Below, piece after piece: positions 29,208-38,802 of a DNA stretch of 38,802 bases. The stretch is taken from NCBI GenBank assembly GCA_049971805.1, contig JBMFKU010000012.1, positions 1-38,802 on the forward strand, given 5' to 3'. Numbering within the stretch: position 1 is the stretch's first letter; each line of letters opens with the position of its first letter. Origin of the DNA: Caldisphaera sp. (GTDB taxonomy: Archaea > Thermoproteota > Thermoprotei_A > Sulfolobales > Acidilobaceae). A program made the translations under genes and the position numbers. A model generated the notes under the pieces. That model did not search any database and was not told where the DNA came from. It saw only the letters and a program-made list of their open reading frames with translations.

Positions 29208-30449
29208 CTAACCCCTTCCTGCTGTTGCTACTATTTTTATTACATCATTTTCATTTAATACATAAGATGCACCTATTCTTTGTTTAGTTTTAGCATTAAT
29301 TGCATATAAAAAAGTATTTGCCAAATCACTATGAATTTTATTTGCCAAATCCTTTGCAGTAGATCCTCTTTCCAATAATATAACATCTGGTAAAATTTTA
29401 TTTTGTTTATCAGTATATTTGTTTATATCTTCTACAGGATATACAGGTATTAAATTAAGGGATTCAAATAGTGCTGTGTTTATTGCCTGTACTACACCGG
29501 TTCCCTTATAGACTTTTAAAATATTTTCTCTGATAAATTCTAGAGCTTGCCTTGTTTTGGAATCTAATTTTTCTTGTAATATGATTTTAAAATCGCTATC
29601 ACCAGGTATATAACTTATAACTTTATTTTTTCTAAGTTTTCTCAATAAAAGTTCCGCAACAGAACTAGCAGGTATTATAGGATATTCCTTGAATGAGCTC
29701 TTAATTTTTTCTAGATTTTTCTTTGACTCTGGTACATCTATTTTATTAGCAACTATAACCATAGGCTTCGTTAACCTTCTCATTTCTTTTACTAAGTGCC
29801 TAAGAGTGTCTTTATCTATTTTAAAAAGCTCATTTTCAGATAGCCTTAATCTATCTAATAAAATTTCAATTTGAGACTTGTTTATTCCAAATCCTGAAAC
29901 CCTTTGCGAAAATGTTTCTATAGGATCCTTTATAGCCCCAATCTCATACTGCTTTATTAGTTTATCCCAATCTTTCTGTATAGATCCATACATCCATTCA
30001 TCAATTTCATTTATAACAAACCCTATTTCGTCGATAGGATCGTATGTTCCAGGTTTAGCAGGTGCACCATCAGGACTAGTGGAACCACTTGCATCAACTA
30101 TTAAAAGAAATACATCAGCCCTTCTAAGGTCATCTAAAAACTTATTTCCTAAGCCCTTTCCTTCATGAGCGCCAGGGACTAAACCTGCCACATCCATTAT
30201 TCTTATTGGGATTAACCTTTCTCCATTTTCACATATGCTGTTTGAAGCGTCACATTTCAGTAAACCTAGTTCTATATGAACACATTTCTTTCTTGCATAT
30301 CCTATACCTATATTGGGTTCAATAGTAACAAATGGTCTATTTTCTATTTGCACCTCTATTTCTGTTGCTGCACTAAAGAAAGTTGATTTACCAACATTGG
30401 TTTTTCCTACCACACCCACAAGCACATTTGTTGGTTCCAAGATTTTCAT
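29208..30449 (-). CDS. ychF: YchF/Ola1 (Obg family) translation-associated NTPase
   Basis: GKTNVGKST, PFVTIEPN, DVAGLVPGA..G.GLGN.FL, NKID and a C-terminal TGS domain. Confidence 0.92.
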   Translation of the reverse strand: MKILEPTNVLVGVVGKTNVGKSTFFSAATEIEVQIENRPFVTIEPNIGIGYARKKCVHIELGLLKCDASNSICENGERLIPIRIMDVAGLVPGAHEGKGLGNKFLDDLRRADVFLLIVDASGSTSPDGAPAKPGTYDPIDEIGFVINEIDEWMYGSIQKDWDKLIKQYEIGAIKDPIETFSQRVSGFGINKSQIEILLDRLRLSENELFKIDKDTLRHLVKEMRRLTKPMVIVANKIDVPESKKNLEKIKSSFKEYPIIPASSVAELLLRKLRKNKVISYIPGDSDFKIILQEKLDSKTRQALEFIRENILKVYKGTGVVQAINTALFESLNLIPVYPVEDINKYTDKQNKILPDVILLERGSTAKDLANKIHSDLANTFLYAINAKTKQRIGASYVLNENDVIKIVATAGRG

Positions 30450-30475
30450 CCTAAATTTAAAGCTTAAATCGAGTG

Positions 30476-31051
30476 CTAAATTTCTTTTACTTTATTAACT
30501 CTTGCTATTATGGAATCCAAATTCTGCGCTTTACCATCTTTACAAATTGTGTATGTAAATAATCCATTAGCTAGAGATATTCTAACTAAAACATTTCCAT
30601 CTTTAAACGTGACTTCATTTTCCATAGATTCTACTTGATATCCCTCCAACTTTAATGAATTTATAATATTATCAATACTTATATTTTCCTTTTTATTTTC
30701 TTGAGGCATTGACAAGTTATCTGAAATATTTTTAGCAATCTCAGCAACTTGTGGGCATGATTGATTGTATTCATTATAAAGCCTGTCAAGTATTGATTTT
30801 AAAATATCATTTAAATGAAGCGATTTGACAAATGAAACTAAATCATTCCACTCTTCGCTTAATAAATAATCTTTTATTTTAATTGGGTTTCCTCCATAAA
30901 TACTGAATTTATATTTTGCTTCTGCATAACCAATCCTTTTTCTAATTTCTTCTGAAACATTTACCGGTATCTTAACAGACAATTCTGATAAAACATTATT
31001 GACTATGTTTCTCATAAAGTCTTTGTTTGGTTTACATTGATTATCACTCAA
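30476..31051 (-). CDS. Hypothetical protein
   Basis: 191-aa ORF with a 4-bp overlap with the upstream gene. Confidence 0.7.
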   Translation of the reverse strand: MSDNQCKPNKDFMRNIVNNVLSELSVKIPVNVSEEIRKRIGYAEAKYKFSIYGGNPIKIKDYLLSEEWNDLVSFVKSLHLNDILKSILDRLYNEYNQSCPQVAEIAKNISDNLSMPQENKKENISIDNIINSLKLEGYQVESMENEVTFKDGNVLVRISLANGLFTYTICKDGKAQNLDSIIARVNKVKEI

Positions 31052-31359
31052 CTATTTCTCTCCTCCACATTTTCTGCGATTCCAACTATAGTGTTGCCTC
31101 TTATAGACTCTATTCTAACATTTACTTTATCTCCTGGAAAAACCTCTCCCTTAACAAAAACCTTATAATTTTTATAAGATGCTAATCCCCTACCGGTTTC
31201 ATCCATATCTCCTATAGTAACTTTAATTAAATCTCCTTGATTTAATATTTTTCTATCGTTCATATCTCTATATGTTGGATAAGAGCTTAGTCTATGGAAG
31301 TCTGTCCTATAAAGATCTTCTTTTTCTGATTGCTTATGTCTCCTGTTCACCATATACAC
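31048..31359 (-). CDS. Single TRAM-domain RNA-binding protein
   Basis: GDLIKVTI..M..TGRGLA....KVFV....PGDKVNVRI. Confidence 0.82.
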   Translation of the reverse strand: MYMVNRRHKQSEKEDLYRTDFHRLSSYPTYRDMNDRKILNQGDLIKVTIGDMDETGRGLASYKNYKVFVKGEVFPGDKVNVRIESIRGNTIVGIAENVEERNS

Positions 31360-31543
31360 CCATAGTTTCCATTTATAAATGTTAAATCTATTGCTTATAT
31401 CCTTTTTTATTTAAAATAAAATGAAAATAGAGATCAAAAAACTAATACAAAATTTTTATCCATTATACGAGCTTCTTTATTAACAAATTGATGCAAAAAG
31501 AATTTAATTAAGTTTTATATGCAATTAAAGATAGGTGTAAAAA

Positions 31544-32677
31544 TTGAAACTGTTTGAGTTTGAAGCAAAAAATATAGTAAAAAATTTTGGATTTGATGTG
31601 CCTCCAAGTGTTTTAATAAAAAAGGGTGATGATATAGAAAAAAAGATCAAAGAGGCTAAAATAGAACCACCTTTGGTAGTAAAGGCCCAAGTGTTAGTTG
31701 CTGGAAGAGGTAAATCAGGTGGGATAAAATTAGTGAAAACTGTTGATGAGGCAGTAAAAACTGCCCAAACTTTATTTGAAACACCAATAAAGGGAATAAA
31801 ACCGACCTTTATATTAATAGAAAAAGCTATACCGCATGAAAAGGAGCTTTATGTTGGAATAGTCATTGATAGAACCCTAAGGAAGCCTATAGTTTTAGCA
31901 TCTCAATTTGGTGGAGTTGATATAGAAGAGATTGCAAGAACAAAGCCAGAAAGCATAATCAGATATCCCATTGATACAGTTATTGGATTAAGAAACTATG
32001 AAGCAAGACTTATAGGAAAGAACATAGGCGTTAAAGGCAAGGCACTAACGAGTTTTGAAAAATTCTTAACTACATTGTACAGGGCTTTCGTTGAATATGA
32101 TGCAGAACTAGCTGAAAGCAATCCTCTAGCATATCTTGATGATAAAGTTTTACCATTAGACCTTAGAATTACAATGGATGATAATAGTTTATTTAGACAT
32201 GAAGACTTTGCAAAGACTGAAGAGGAAAGACTTGGAGAAAATACTGAATATGAAATCAAAGCTCATGAAATGGATTTAGCATTTGTTGAATTAGATGGTG
32301 ACGTAGGAGTTCTAGGAAACGGAGCAGGTCTCACTATGACAACGATGGATTTAATTTATGAGTATGGAGGCAAGCCAGCTAACTTCCTTGATATGGGAGG
32401 AGGAGCTGATGCTGATCATGTAAAAGCTTGTGTTAAGTTTTTACTAGATTATCCAAAAGCTAAAAAAATATTTATAAATATGTTTGGAGGCATTACGAGA
32501 GCTGATGAGGTTGCAAAGGGTGTTGTTATGGCATTAAATGAATCATCAAACAAAAAGCCTATAGTAATAAGATTAACCGGAACCAATGAAGAGCTTGGTA
32601 GAAAGATATTAAAAGAAGCAGGCATAGAAGCGTTTAATGATCCTATAGAAGCTGTTAAAGTTGCAATTAGTAAATGA
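31544..32677 (+). CDS. sucC: Succinyl-CoA synthetase beta subunit
   Basis: [40 protein letters not shown] and NMFGGI. Confidence 0.95.
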   Translation: MKLFEFEAKNIVKNFGFDVPPSVLIKKGDDIEKKIKEAKIEPPLVVKAQVLVAGRGKSGGIKLVKTVDEAVKTAQTLFETPIKGIKPTFILIEKAIPHEKELYVGIVIDRTLRKPIVLASQFGGVDIEEIARTKPESIIRYPIDTVIGLRNYEARLIGKNIGVKGKALTSFEKFLTTLYRAFVEYDAELAESNPLAYLDDKVLPLDLRITMDDNSLFRHEDFAKTEEERLGENTEYEIKAHEMDLAFVELDGDVGVLGNGAGLTMTTMDLIYEYGGKPANFLDMGGGADADHVKACVKFLLDYPKAKKIFINMFGGITRADEVAKGVVMALNESSNKKPIVIRLTGTNEELGRKILKEAGIEAFNDPIEAVKVAISK

Positions 32678-32687
32678 GGTGAGAAAG

Positions 32688-33569
32688 ATGGGTATATTAG
32701 TTGATGAGAATACTAGGTTAATAGTCCAAGGAATAACTGGCAATGAAGGCTCTTTCCATACTAAGTTGATGCTTGAATATGGGACTAAAATAGTTGCAGG
32801 TGTTACTCCAGGTAAAGGTGGATCAAAAGTATATGATATACCAATTTATGATACCGTTGCAGAAGCTGTAAAAGAACATCCAGAAGCAAACACTTCTATC
32901 ATATTTGTTCCAGCAAAATTTGCAGCAGATGCAGTATATGAAGCCGTTGATTCCAATTTAAAATTTGTTGTAGTAATAACTGAGCATATACCAGTTCACG
33001 ATGCATTGGAATTTGTCAATTATGCTAAATCAAAGGGTACAAATATCATAGGACCTAATTGCCCAGGTGCCATTACACCTGAAAAAGCTAAAGTTGGTAT
33101 AATGCCAGGCCATGTATTTATACCAGGTCCTGTTGGTATTGCTTCAAGAAGTGGAACCTTAACATATGAGGTAAGCTATGCCTTAACAAGAAGCGGTATA
33201 GGACAATCCACGGTTTTAGGGATTGGAGGAGATCCGGTAATAGGTATGACCTTCACTGAAGTAATGGAGTATTATGAAAAAGATCCGCAAACTAAGGCAT
33301 TGATCATAGTTGGTGAAATAGGAGGAGATGCAGAAGAAAGAGCGGCAAAGATGGTAGAAGAAAAACGTTTTACCAAACCAGTGGTTGGATTTATAGCAGG
33401 CAGAACAGCACCAGAAGGTAAAAGAATGGGTCATGCAGGAGCTATAATAATGCTTGGATCAGGAACATATAAGGACAAAGTAGAAACACTAGAAAGCGTA
33501 GGAATAAAGGTAGCTAAAACCCCATTTGAATTACCTAAGTTAATAAATGATGCACTAAAAGGAAAATAA
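32688..33569 (+). CDS. sucD: Succinyl-CoA synthetase alpha subunit (ATG at 32688 after GAGGTGA)
   Basis: [34 protein letters not shown] and RMGHAGA. Confidence 0.96.
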   Translation: MGILVDENTRLIVQGITGNEGSFHTKLMLEYGTKIVAGVTPGKGGSKVYDIPIYDTVAEAVKEHPEANTSIIFVPAKFAADAVYEAVDSNLKFVVVITEHIPVHDALEFVNYAKSKGTNIIGPNCPGAITPEKAKVGIMPGHVFIPGPVGIASRSGTLTYEVSYALTRSGIGQSTVLGIGGDPVIGMTFTEVMEYYEKDPQTKALIIVGEIGGDAEERAAKMVEEKRFTKPVVGFIAGRTAPEGKRMGHAGAIIMLGSGTYKDKVETLESVGIKVAKTPFELPKLINDALKGK

Positions 33570-33578
33570 AGACAATTA

Positions 33579-35198
33579 TTATAATGCGCTTCTTCTTTTT
33601 TTGGATTGTAATTCTTCGCTAGTTCTACCTACAACAATTTCATATAATATTGATTTTTTACCAGGTAATGGCCTTAAAAGTCTACCTAGTCTTTGTATGA
33701 ACTGCCTCCTAGATCCTGTACCAGATACAAATATACCCACATTTACATCTGGTATGTCTAAACCTTCATCTCCTACCGTTGTTACAACAAGGATAGCACT
33801 TTTTGCTTCTTTGAATTCTTTTAACGTTTCAATTCTTTTCTTCTCGTCAATACTACCATGAATAAGATATGCATTTAATTTATTTGCTAGCTCTTCTGCC
33901 TGATCTTTATATTGCGTAAATATTATTATTTTTGAGCCATTTTTTAATTCACTTAAAGCTAAATCAATAACCTTTTCTAACTTTGCATTGCTATTTTGAA
34001 TCACATGCTGCATTTGGGACTTTATTTTCAATGCATTTATAGCATTAAAATCTCCTTTCTTAGCAGAATTTAGTATTTCTTCAAATGTCCTACCTTTTGC
34101 ATATACAAAATATTGTTTTCTTAAATCATCATATCTTTTCATATCATCTTTACTCAATTCTACCCTAATTCTTCTTATTATGTATGGCGCTAAATACCCC
34201 TCAGACGTTAGTTCGCTTGGAGATTTTTGATATACTATACCTCCTATCAATGGGAAAATTTCCTCTTGTTTTCCATCCTCTCTAACAGCAGTTGCAGAAA
34301 GACCCATTCTAAATGGTGATGGCATTTTTAATGCTATTGCCTTAAACTTTTCCGCTGGTAAATGATGGGCCTCATCAAAAATTAGAAACTTAAAATCTTT
34401 TGCAAATAATTTTATATTTCTAAAGGCACTTTGATATGTAATTATTGTTATTGGTTCTATTTTCTTCTCTTCTCCATAAAATGTACCTATTAGACCTGAA
34501 GCATCTGTAAATTTCTTAATAGCTTCTTCCCATTGTTTTATATGCTCTTTGGTATATACGACTATCAAAGTATTAACATTTAATTGAGAAATTGCGCTTA
34601 TAGCCACAATAGTTTTACCCGCTCCAGTTGGTAAGACAATAACCCCTTTGTTACTATTCTGCTTCCATTTTTCAATAGCATCTTTTTGATAATCTCTGAG
34701 TTCTCCACTAAAAATTAATTTCCTTGGAAAATTACTATTTAAATAGATGCCAGTCTCGTCATCTACAATCAATCCTTTTGAACTTAAATGCTTTTTTAGA
34801 TCCTCATAAACATATGGATCAAATACATATGATCTGAGCGAATAATTATATTTTCCTTTAACTGCAAAGTCTTCCAAATAAGGCTTTAAATATATTTTTG
34901 ACTCTAATAATAGATTTTTTAAATCATACTTAATTTTAACACCAAGATAATTTTTAAAATATTTTTCAATTTCTATTAAATCATCTTTAATAATATCATT
35001 TTCTAGCCCTTTCAAAATTTCCATTATATCTATAGGTGAATAGTTATTCAACTTCATTTTATTTTCATCAATCTCAAAAACAGAAAATCCTTGTAGTCTT
35101 CCAATATAATTAGAAAAACTCGTTAATTCTTTAAATATATCTGTGCTTAACCAACCTTTAATTCTAAACCTGATCACCAAAATCAACACCCGAGTCAT
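33579..35198 (-). CDS. xpb: XPB/Rad25-family SF2 helicase
   Basis: LRDYQ, LPTGAGKT, DEAHH, LSAT..RED, EGLDIPD and QRLGR. Confidence 0.88.
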   Translation of the reverse strand: MTRVLILVIRFRIKGWLSTDIFKELTSFSNYIGRLQGFSVFEIDENKMKLNNYSPIDIMEILKGLENDIIKDDLIEIEKYFKNYLGVKIKYDLKNLLLESKIYLKPYLEDFAVKGKYNYSLRSYVFDPYVYEDLKKHLSSKGLIVDDETGIYLNSNFPRKLIFSGELRDYQKDAIEKWKQNSNKGVIVLPTGAGKTIVAISAISQLNVNTLIVVYTKEHIKQWEEAIKKFTDASGLIGTFYGEEKKIEPITIITYQSAFRNIKLFAKDFKFLIFDEAHHLPAEKFKAIALKMPSPFRMGLSATAVREDGKQEEIFPLIGGIVYQKSPSELTSEGYLAPYIIRRIRVELSKDDMKRYDDLRKQYFVYAKGRTFEEILNSAKKGDFNAINALKIKSQMQHVIQNSNAKLEKVIDLALSELKNGSKIIIFTQYKDQAEELANKLNAYLIHGSIDEKKRIETLKEFKEAKSAILVVTTVGDEGLDIPDVNVGIFVSGTGSRRQFIQRLGRLLRPLPGKKSILYEIVVGRTSEELQSKKRRSAL

Positions 35199-35619
35199 AA
35201 ACTAGCCTGTACGATAGAATTTTCTCGAATTTTATATTAATTTTTTCTAAAAATTTTTTAATCCTAATAATTGGTGTAGAAGGAATAATTAACCTTATAC
35301 AATTACCTTGCATTTCAACCTTTGAGACTTCTGGAAAATCAGCATATTTTTTAAGCATGTCCTTTATATCATTTTCACACGACTCTAGAACACCATCAAT
35401 TATATGCAAGCAATCTATTCCTACAAATGTTCTCAAGTAAAATTCTAATTTTTCATTATCATAGAGCAATATATCCACATAATTTGTTTCTTTATTTTGT
35501 GAAATGCTGTTTATTTCATCTAATTCTTCACTTTTTTTCAAAAATTCTTCAATACAAGGCCCAACTCCAGGCGTGGGTTCGAAATCATCCATATTATCTT
35601 CACTTAAAACCCTCTTCAT
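35164..35619 (-). CDS. Hypothetical protein overlapping the xpb start
   Basis: 151-aa acidic ORF in operon orientation. Confidence 0.65.
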   Translation of the reverse strand: MKRVLSEDNMDDFEPTPGVGPCIEEFLKKSEELDEINSISQNKETNYVDILLYDNEKLEFYLRTFVGIDCLHIIDGVLESCENDIKDMLKKYADFPEVSKVEMQGNCIRLIIPSTPIIRIKKFLEKINIKFEKILSYRLVYDSGVDFGDQV

Positions 35620-35664
35620 TGCTGGGCCCCATTGTTATATCTATAGAAAGACCGATAAATCTTT

Positions 35665-36000
35665 CTAACAAACTTTTGACCCTGGAATAACAGGTTCAAG
35701 AGATGTCAATACTACTGGCTTTTGATTATCTCCGCAAGGTGCGGCTAAAATCATGCCTTGACTCTCTAATCCACCCATTATTTTCGGCTTAAGATTTGCA
35801 ACAACTACAACAAATTTTCCTATCAAGTCATCTGGTTTATACCATTTTTGTAAACCAGCCAATATTTGTCTTTGCTCACTACCAAGGTCAACTATTAACT
35901 TCAATAATTTTCTACTGTTAGGCACTATTTCTACACTCAAAACCTTTCCAACTCTTAAATCAACCTTAGAGAATTCATTATAATCTATTTGTTGACTCAA
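35665..36000 (-). CDS. Stand-alone tRNA-binding OB-fold protein (Trbp111/CsaA/MetRS-C family; TTG start at 36000 inferred)
   Basis: DLRVGKV, KLLKLIVDLG, RQILAG and NLKP..M.GLESQGMILAA. Confidence 0.9.
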   Translation of the reverse strand: MSQQIDYNEFSKVDLRVGKVLSVEIVPNSRKLLKLIVDLGSEQRQILAGLQKWYKPDDLIGKFVVVVANLKPKIMGGLESQGMILAAPCGDNQKPVVLTSLEPVIPGSKVC

Positions 36001-36047
36001 AATCTTCACCCAATAATTATAAGTATAATTTCCCAAGAAAAATCTTT

Positions 36048-36635
36048 CTATTTTTCTTGTTCTTCTGTCTCTTTAGTCTCTTTCTTTTCCTGTTTTTCCT
36101 TTTCATCCAAATTTTCTTTCCCTAAATAAGGTTGTCTCATTGTTAAACCTAGTCTAAATAAAGCCGATTTTTTAGATGCCTTACTTATTTGCGTAACTCT
36201 TACTTTTACAATATCTCCTGCCTCAATAATTGTTCCACTTTCTTTACCCTTAAATCCTCTTCTTTCAGGCAAATATTCTACATCCTCATCAATTATTTGA
36301 CTTCTATGCACAAAACCATCTATTGGACCTAAGTTAATAAAAAGACCAAATTCTCTTGCATCTCTCACAATACCTTTATCTACTTCTAACTGAAGGGGCT
36401 CAAACGCCATCAATGTATATTTTACTGGAAAATATATATCAGGATCTTCTGGTAATAATATACCATCCCCCTCAATACCTGCGTCTAGCACTGCTATTAC
36501 TATTCCTAAATCAGGATCGGCTTGGCCCTCTAATTCTGATCTTAATGTTTCTAGCACAGCTTTTTGTAGATTTTCAGTGAAAGCTATGTCCGGTGAAACT
36601 CCTACCCATTCATGCAATGTGTATTCTACATACAC
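36048..36635 (-). CDS. rpoE1: RNA polymerase subunit Rpo7 (E')
   Basis: FGLFINLGPIDGFVHRSQI, GDIVKVRV and LTMRQPYLGK. Confidence 0.95.
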   Translation of the reverse strand: MYVEYTLHEWVGVSPDIAFTENLQKAVLETLRSELEGQADPDLGIVIAVLDAGIEGDGILLPEDPDIYFPVKYTLMAFEPLQLEVDKGIVRDAREFGLFINLGPIDGFVHRSQIIDEDVEYLPERRGFKGKESGTIIEAGDIVKVRVTQISKASKKSALFRLGLTMRQPYLGKENLDEKEKQEKKETKETEEQEK

Positions 36636-36736
36636 GTTTACTCCCTCTATGAAATATATTTACTCAATATTATAAATGCTATTTAGACTAATGAAAAATA
36701 CTTGATCAAAAATCATTTATATCAAGAAATAAATCA

Positions 36737-37025
36737 CTGACCTCTCTCAACCTGAAGGGCGAGGGTTCCCAGGTCTTGAGGGTTATAGGAGCTACTCTGA
36801 TTCCTACCTATGTGGGAGTAAAGTTACCAACTCTTCATCCTTATTTGATCTGAGGGAGAAATCTCAACCCTTCTTACCTTTTTAGTTTGGTAATGGAGTA
36901 GAGGTCTACTTCATATCACGAATTGGTGAAGAATAACATTGATGACTATTGCTTATCTAATTATTTTTAAAACAAACCTTAAGGGCATTACCTCGCCTTA
37001 AAAGACAAGGTTTGCCGTTTAATTT
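36737..37025 (-). mobile_element. 289-bp non-autonomous IS605 miniature with both ends and gene stubs
   Basis: Both ends are homologous to those of 23782-24703. TGAT flank at 37026-37029 (minus). Internal plus-strand stub ME*RST...VKNNIDD from 36893. Confidence 0.82.
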
Positions 37026-37064
37026 ATCAGATTACCCTAATATTGATCCCTGGAATTAGATATA

Positions 37065-37299
37065 ATGCAAAAACATGGAATAATGAAAGCTCAAGATGCT
37101 TATGAAACAAGCGTTACTGGAAAAGGCTACATTAGCATTAAAAATGCTGGGAAGACCTTCACTCTTATCAAAACTTATTATTGTTGCTGATTATATGAAA
37201 AAAGCACAAAAGGCTACTCAAAGCCCATTAGAGCTTAACGACTGGGTTTCTTATGTTACATCTTTATATAATGAATATAAAACAAAGCTTGGTATTTAA
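37065..37299 (+). pseudogene. Probable C-terminal remnant of digeranylgeranylglycerophospholipid (geranylgeranyl) reductase
   Basis: GRPSLLSKL..VADYMKK...SP..L..W resembles the crenarchaeal GGR C-terminus as I recall it. An upstream piece (MQKHGIMKAQDAYETS) is in another frame. Confidence 0.55.
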
Positions 37300-37300
37300 A

Positions 37301-37350
37301 TAATTTTAACTATAATAGATATTATTAATTTTAACTATAATAGATATTAT
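37301..37350. repeat. Exact 25-bp tandem duplication
   Basis: TAATTTTAACTATAATAGATATTAT at 37301-37325 and 37326-37350. Confidence 0.9.
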
Positions 37351-38238
37351 TAAAGAAATCATAAATAAAATTCCAAAATTCAAAACAAGTTTGGCGTTCT
37401 TTACATCTAAAAGCTCAAAGTTATCCTTTAATGCATTAGAAATTAAATTAACAGCTTGAGGTAACGTTAACAATTCTAAAAATGCATATATTGGAATAAT
37501 TTTTAAGAAAATTAAGAAAATTAATATTATATAGGAAAGAATTAAGAGTGAAATATAAAGATATTTTGATTTATTGTATCCCAAAATAATTGGTAATGTT
37601 TTAACATTAGATACTCTATCCCTATTTATATCCCTTATATTGTTTGCCATTAGAACATCATCTATCAAAATAGAGATCGGAAGACTTATTAAAATTCCTA
37701 CAATTGATATCTTTCCTGTATATACATAAAAACCAGCTAAAGATAGAAGAAGCATTGATATTATAACTGAGAAATCTCCAAGACCATTATATTTAAAATA
37801 TAATGGAGGCGCACTATATTCAATACCCATTATAAAACCTATAAATCCTAAGGGCAGAGCTAATGGTCTTCCCATTAATGCAATAAATATACCTATTATA
37901 ATAGCTATAAATCCTAAAGCCAGTGATATGTTTCTTACTTCTTCAGGATTTAAATTACTATGGAAAACTAGGTGAAATCTTTTGATTGGTATGTTATTCC
38001 TTTTGTCTATATTTTTCACGTAATCATAATAATCATTTATTATATTTGTCATCATATGAAGGAATAACTCTCCAATTGCGCCCATTACTATAAGCAAAAA
38101 TAAATATATATTAAATTCCTTAAAATAATCCAAACCTAAGAAAACTCCTAATAAATAAGTAGCAATAAACATTGATAAGGACCAAGGTCTAGATCCTTCT
38201 ATTATGTTTTTTATATTAGCTTTCCTCATTTTAACCAC
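37306..38238 (-). CDS. menA: UbiA-superfamily prenyltransferase, MenA-like
   Basis: RPWSL, NDYYD, YSAPP..FKY.GLGD, ANNIRD...D...KTL and multiple TM helices. Confidence 0.82.
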   Translation of the reverse strand: MVKMRKANIKNIIEGSRPWSLSMFIATYLLGVFLGLDYFKEFNIYLFLLIVMGAIGELFLHMMTNIINDYYDYVKNIDKRNNIPIKRFHLVFHSNLNPEEVRNISLALGFIAIIIGIFIALMGRPLALPLGFIGFIMGIEYSAPPLYFKYNGLGDFSVIISMLLLSLAGFYVYTGKISIVGILISLPISILIDDVLMANNIRDINRDRVSNVKTLPIILGYNKSKYLYISLLILSYIILIFLIFLKIIPIYAFLELLTLPQAVNLISNALKDNFELLDVKNAKLVLNFGILFMISLIISIIVKINNIYYS

Positions 38239-38323
38239 TATTCAGTGATCAATTTTTATTATCTTTGTAATACCTTATAAATTTTAGCAAATCTTTATTT
38301 TCTATAGATATAAAAAGATCCTG

Positions 38324-38722
38324 GTGGTAACCAATTGTGTTGCATACACAAATCGGAAAAGATTTGAAATATTTAGTTCTTGGAACTAGTCTATAGTAAA
38401 CATGTATGTCTGCGGTCCAACAGTTTATGACTATACTCATATAGGCCATGCAAGAACCTTTGTTGTATTTGATTCCATAAGGAGATACTTATCATTAAAA
38501 GGTTATAATATAATTTATGTTCAAAATATAACTGATATAGATGATAAAATAATTAACAAAGCAAAGGAAACAAACTCTAGCTGGGAAGAAATAGTCAATA
38601 CTTATGTGAAAGATTACCTTAATAATTTAAATAAACTCAACATTAGAATTGATGTACACTCAAGAGTTACCAGCCATATATCAGAAATCATTGATTTTAT
38701 TCAAACCCTAATAAATAAGTGA
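38324..38722 (+). pseudogene. cysS: Cysteinyl-tRNA synthetase N-terminal fragment (5' boundary approximate)
   Basis: [19 protein letters not shown] and [10 protein letters not shown]. In-frame TAG at 38387-38389. The ORF ends at 38722, long before KMSKS. Confidence 0.85.
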
Positions 38723-38802
38723 TTGTAGCCTTTCAAGAGGAGACAAAGGACTACATGAAAGAACTCTTTGAGGACTTTATAGAAATTGTTAAGTCATTTT
38801 CC
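38719..38802 (+). mobile_element. IS607-family serine resolvase (TnpA) C-terminal fragment, running off the window
   Basis: [28 protein letters not shown] matches the ELxEDxxxIxxSF helix of IS607 resolvases. Confidence 0.65.

Noticed and set aside
414-36580. Many short ORFs antisense to or nested in real genes (e.g. 8611..8937, 10368..10715, 16418..16786, 20434..20901, 25193..25657, 26843..27322)
   Set aside because: Shadow frames of well-supported genes, with no motifs or SD sequences.
38387-38389. In-frame TAG as pyrrolysine or readthrough recoding (also the TAG at 36899-36901)
   Set aside because: Both lie in otherwise broken genes, and no recoding machinery is seen.

Overview
AT-rich archaeal chromosomal segment. 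The gene content and protein style point to Thermoproteota/Crenarchaeota, most like Acidilobales/Desulfurococcales (inference). Most of it is housekeeping: aIF5B, aIF2-gamma, S6e, S3Ae, S15, S28e, LeuRS, YchF, tRNA-Phe(GAA), Rpo7, a truncated TFS paralog, Pop5, Pcc1, a degenerate RecJ/Cdc45(GAN)-like protein, XPB, NDK, SucCD, glucan phosphorylase and two sugar nucleotidyltransferases. Main points of interest: (1) a B12-dependent mutase cluster whose large subunit has the isobutyryl-CoA-mutase signature (Phe92/Gln210) rather than the methylmalonyl-CoA-mutase Tyr/Arg, divergent from a signal-less BtuF-like protein; (2) an AmmeMemoRadiSam-type radical SAM gene overlapped by an upstream paralog that has lost CxxxCxxC; (3) three copies of one IS200/IS605 element (a decayed tnpB copy, a 289-bp miniature, and a left end cut by the window edge), all flanked by TGAY; (4) an unannotated candidate box C/D sRNA or micro-ORF near 0.5 kb; (5) a decay zone at the right end with a geranylgeranyl-reductase remnant, an intact menA-like gene, and a cysS fragment joined to an IS607 resolvase fragment. 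All family assignments come from motif recognition by eye; no searches were run.
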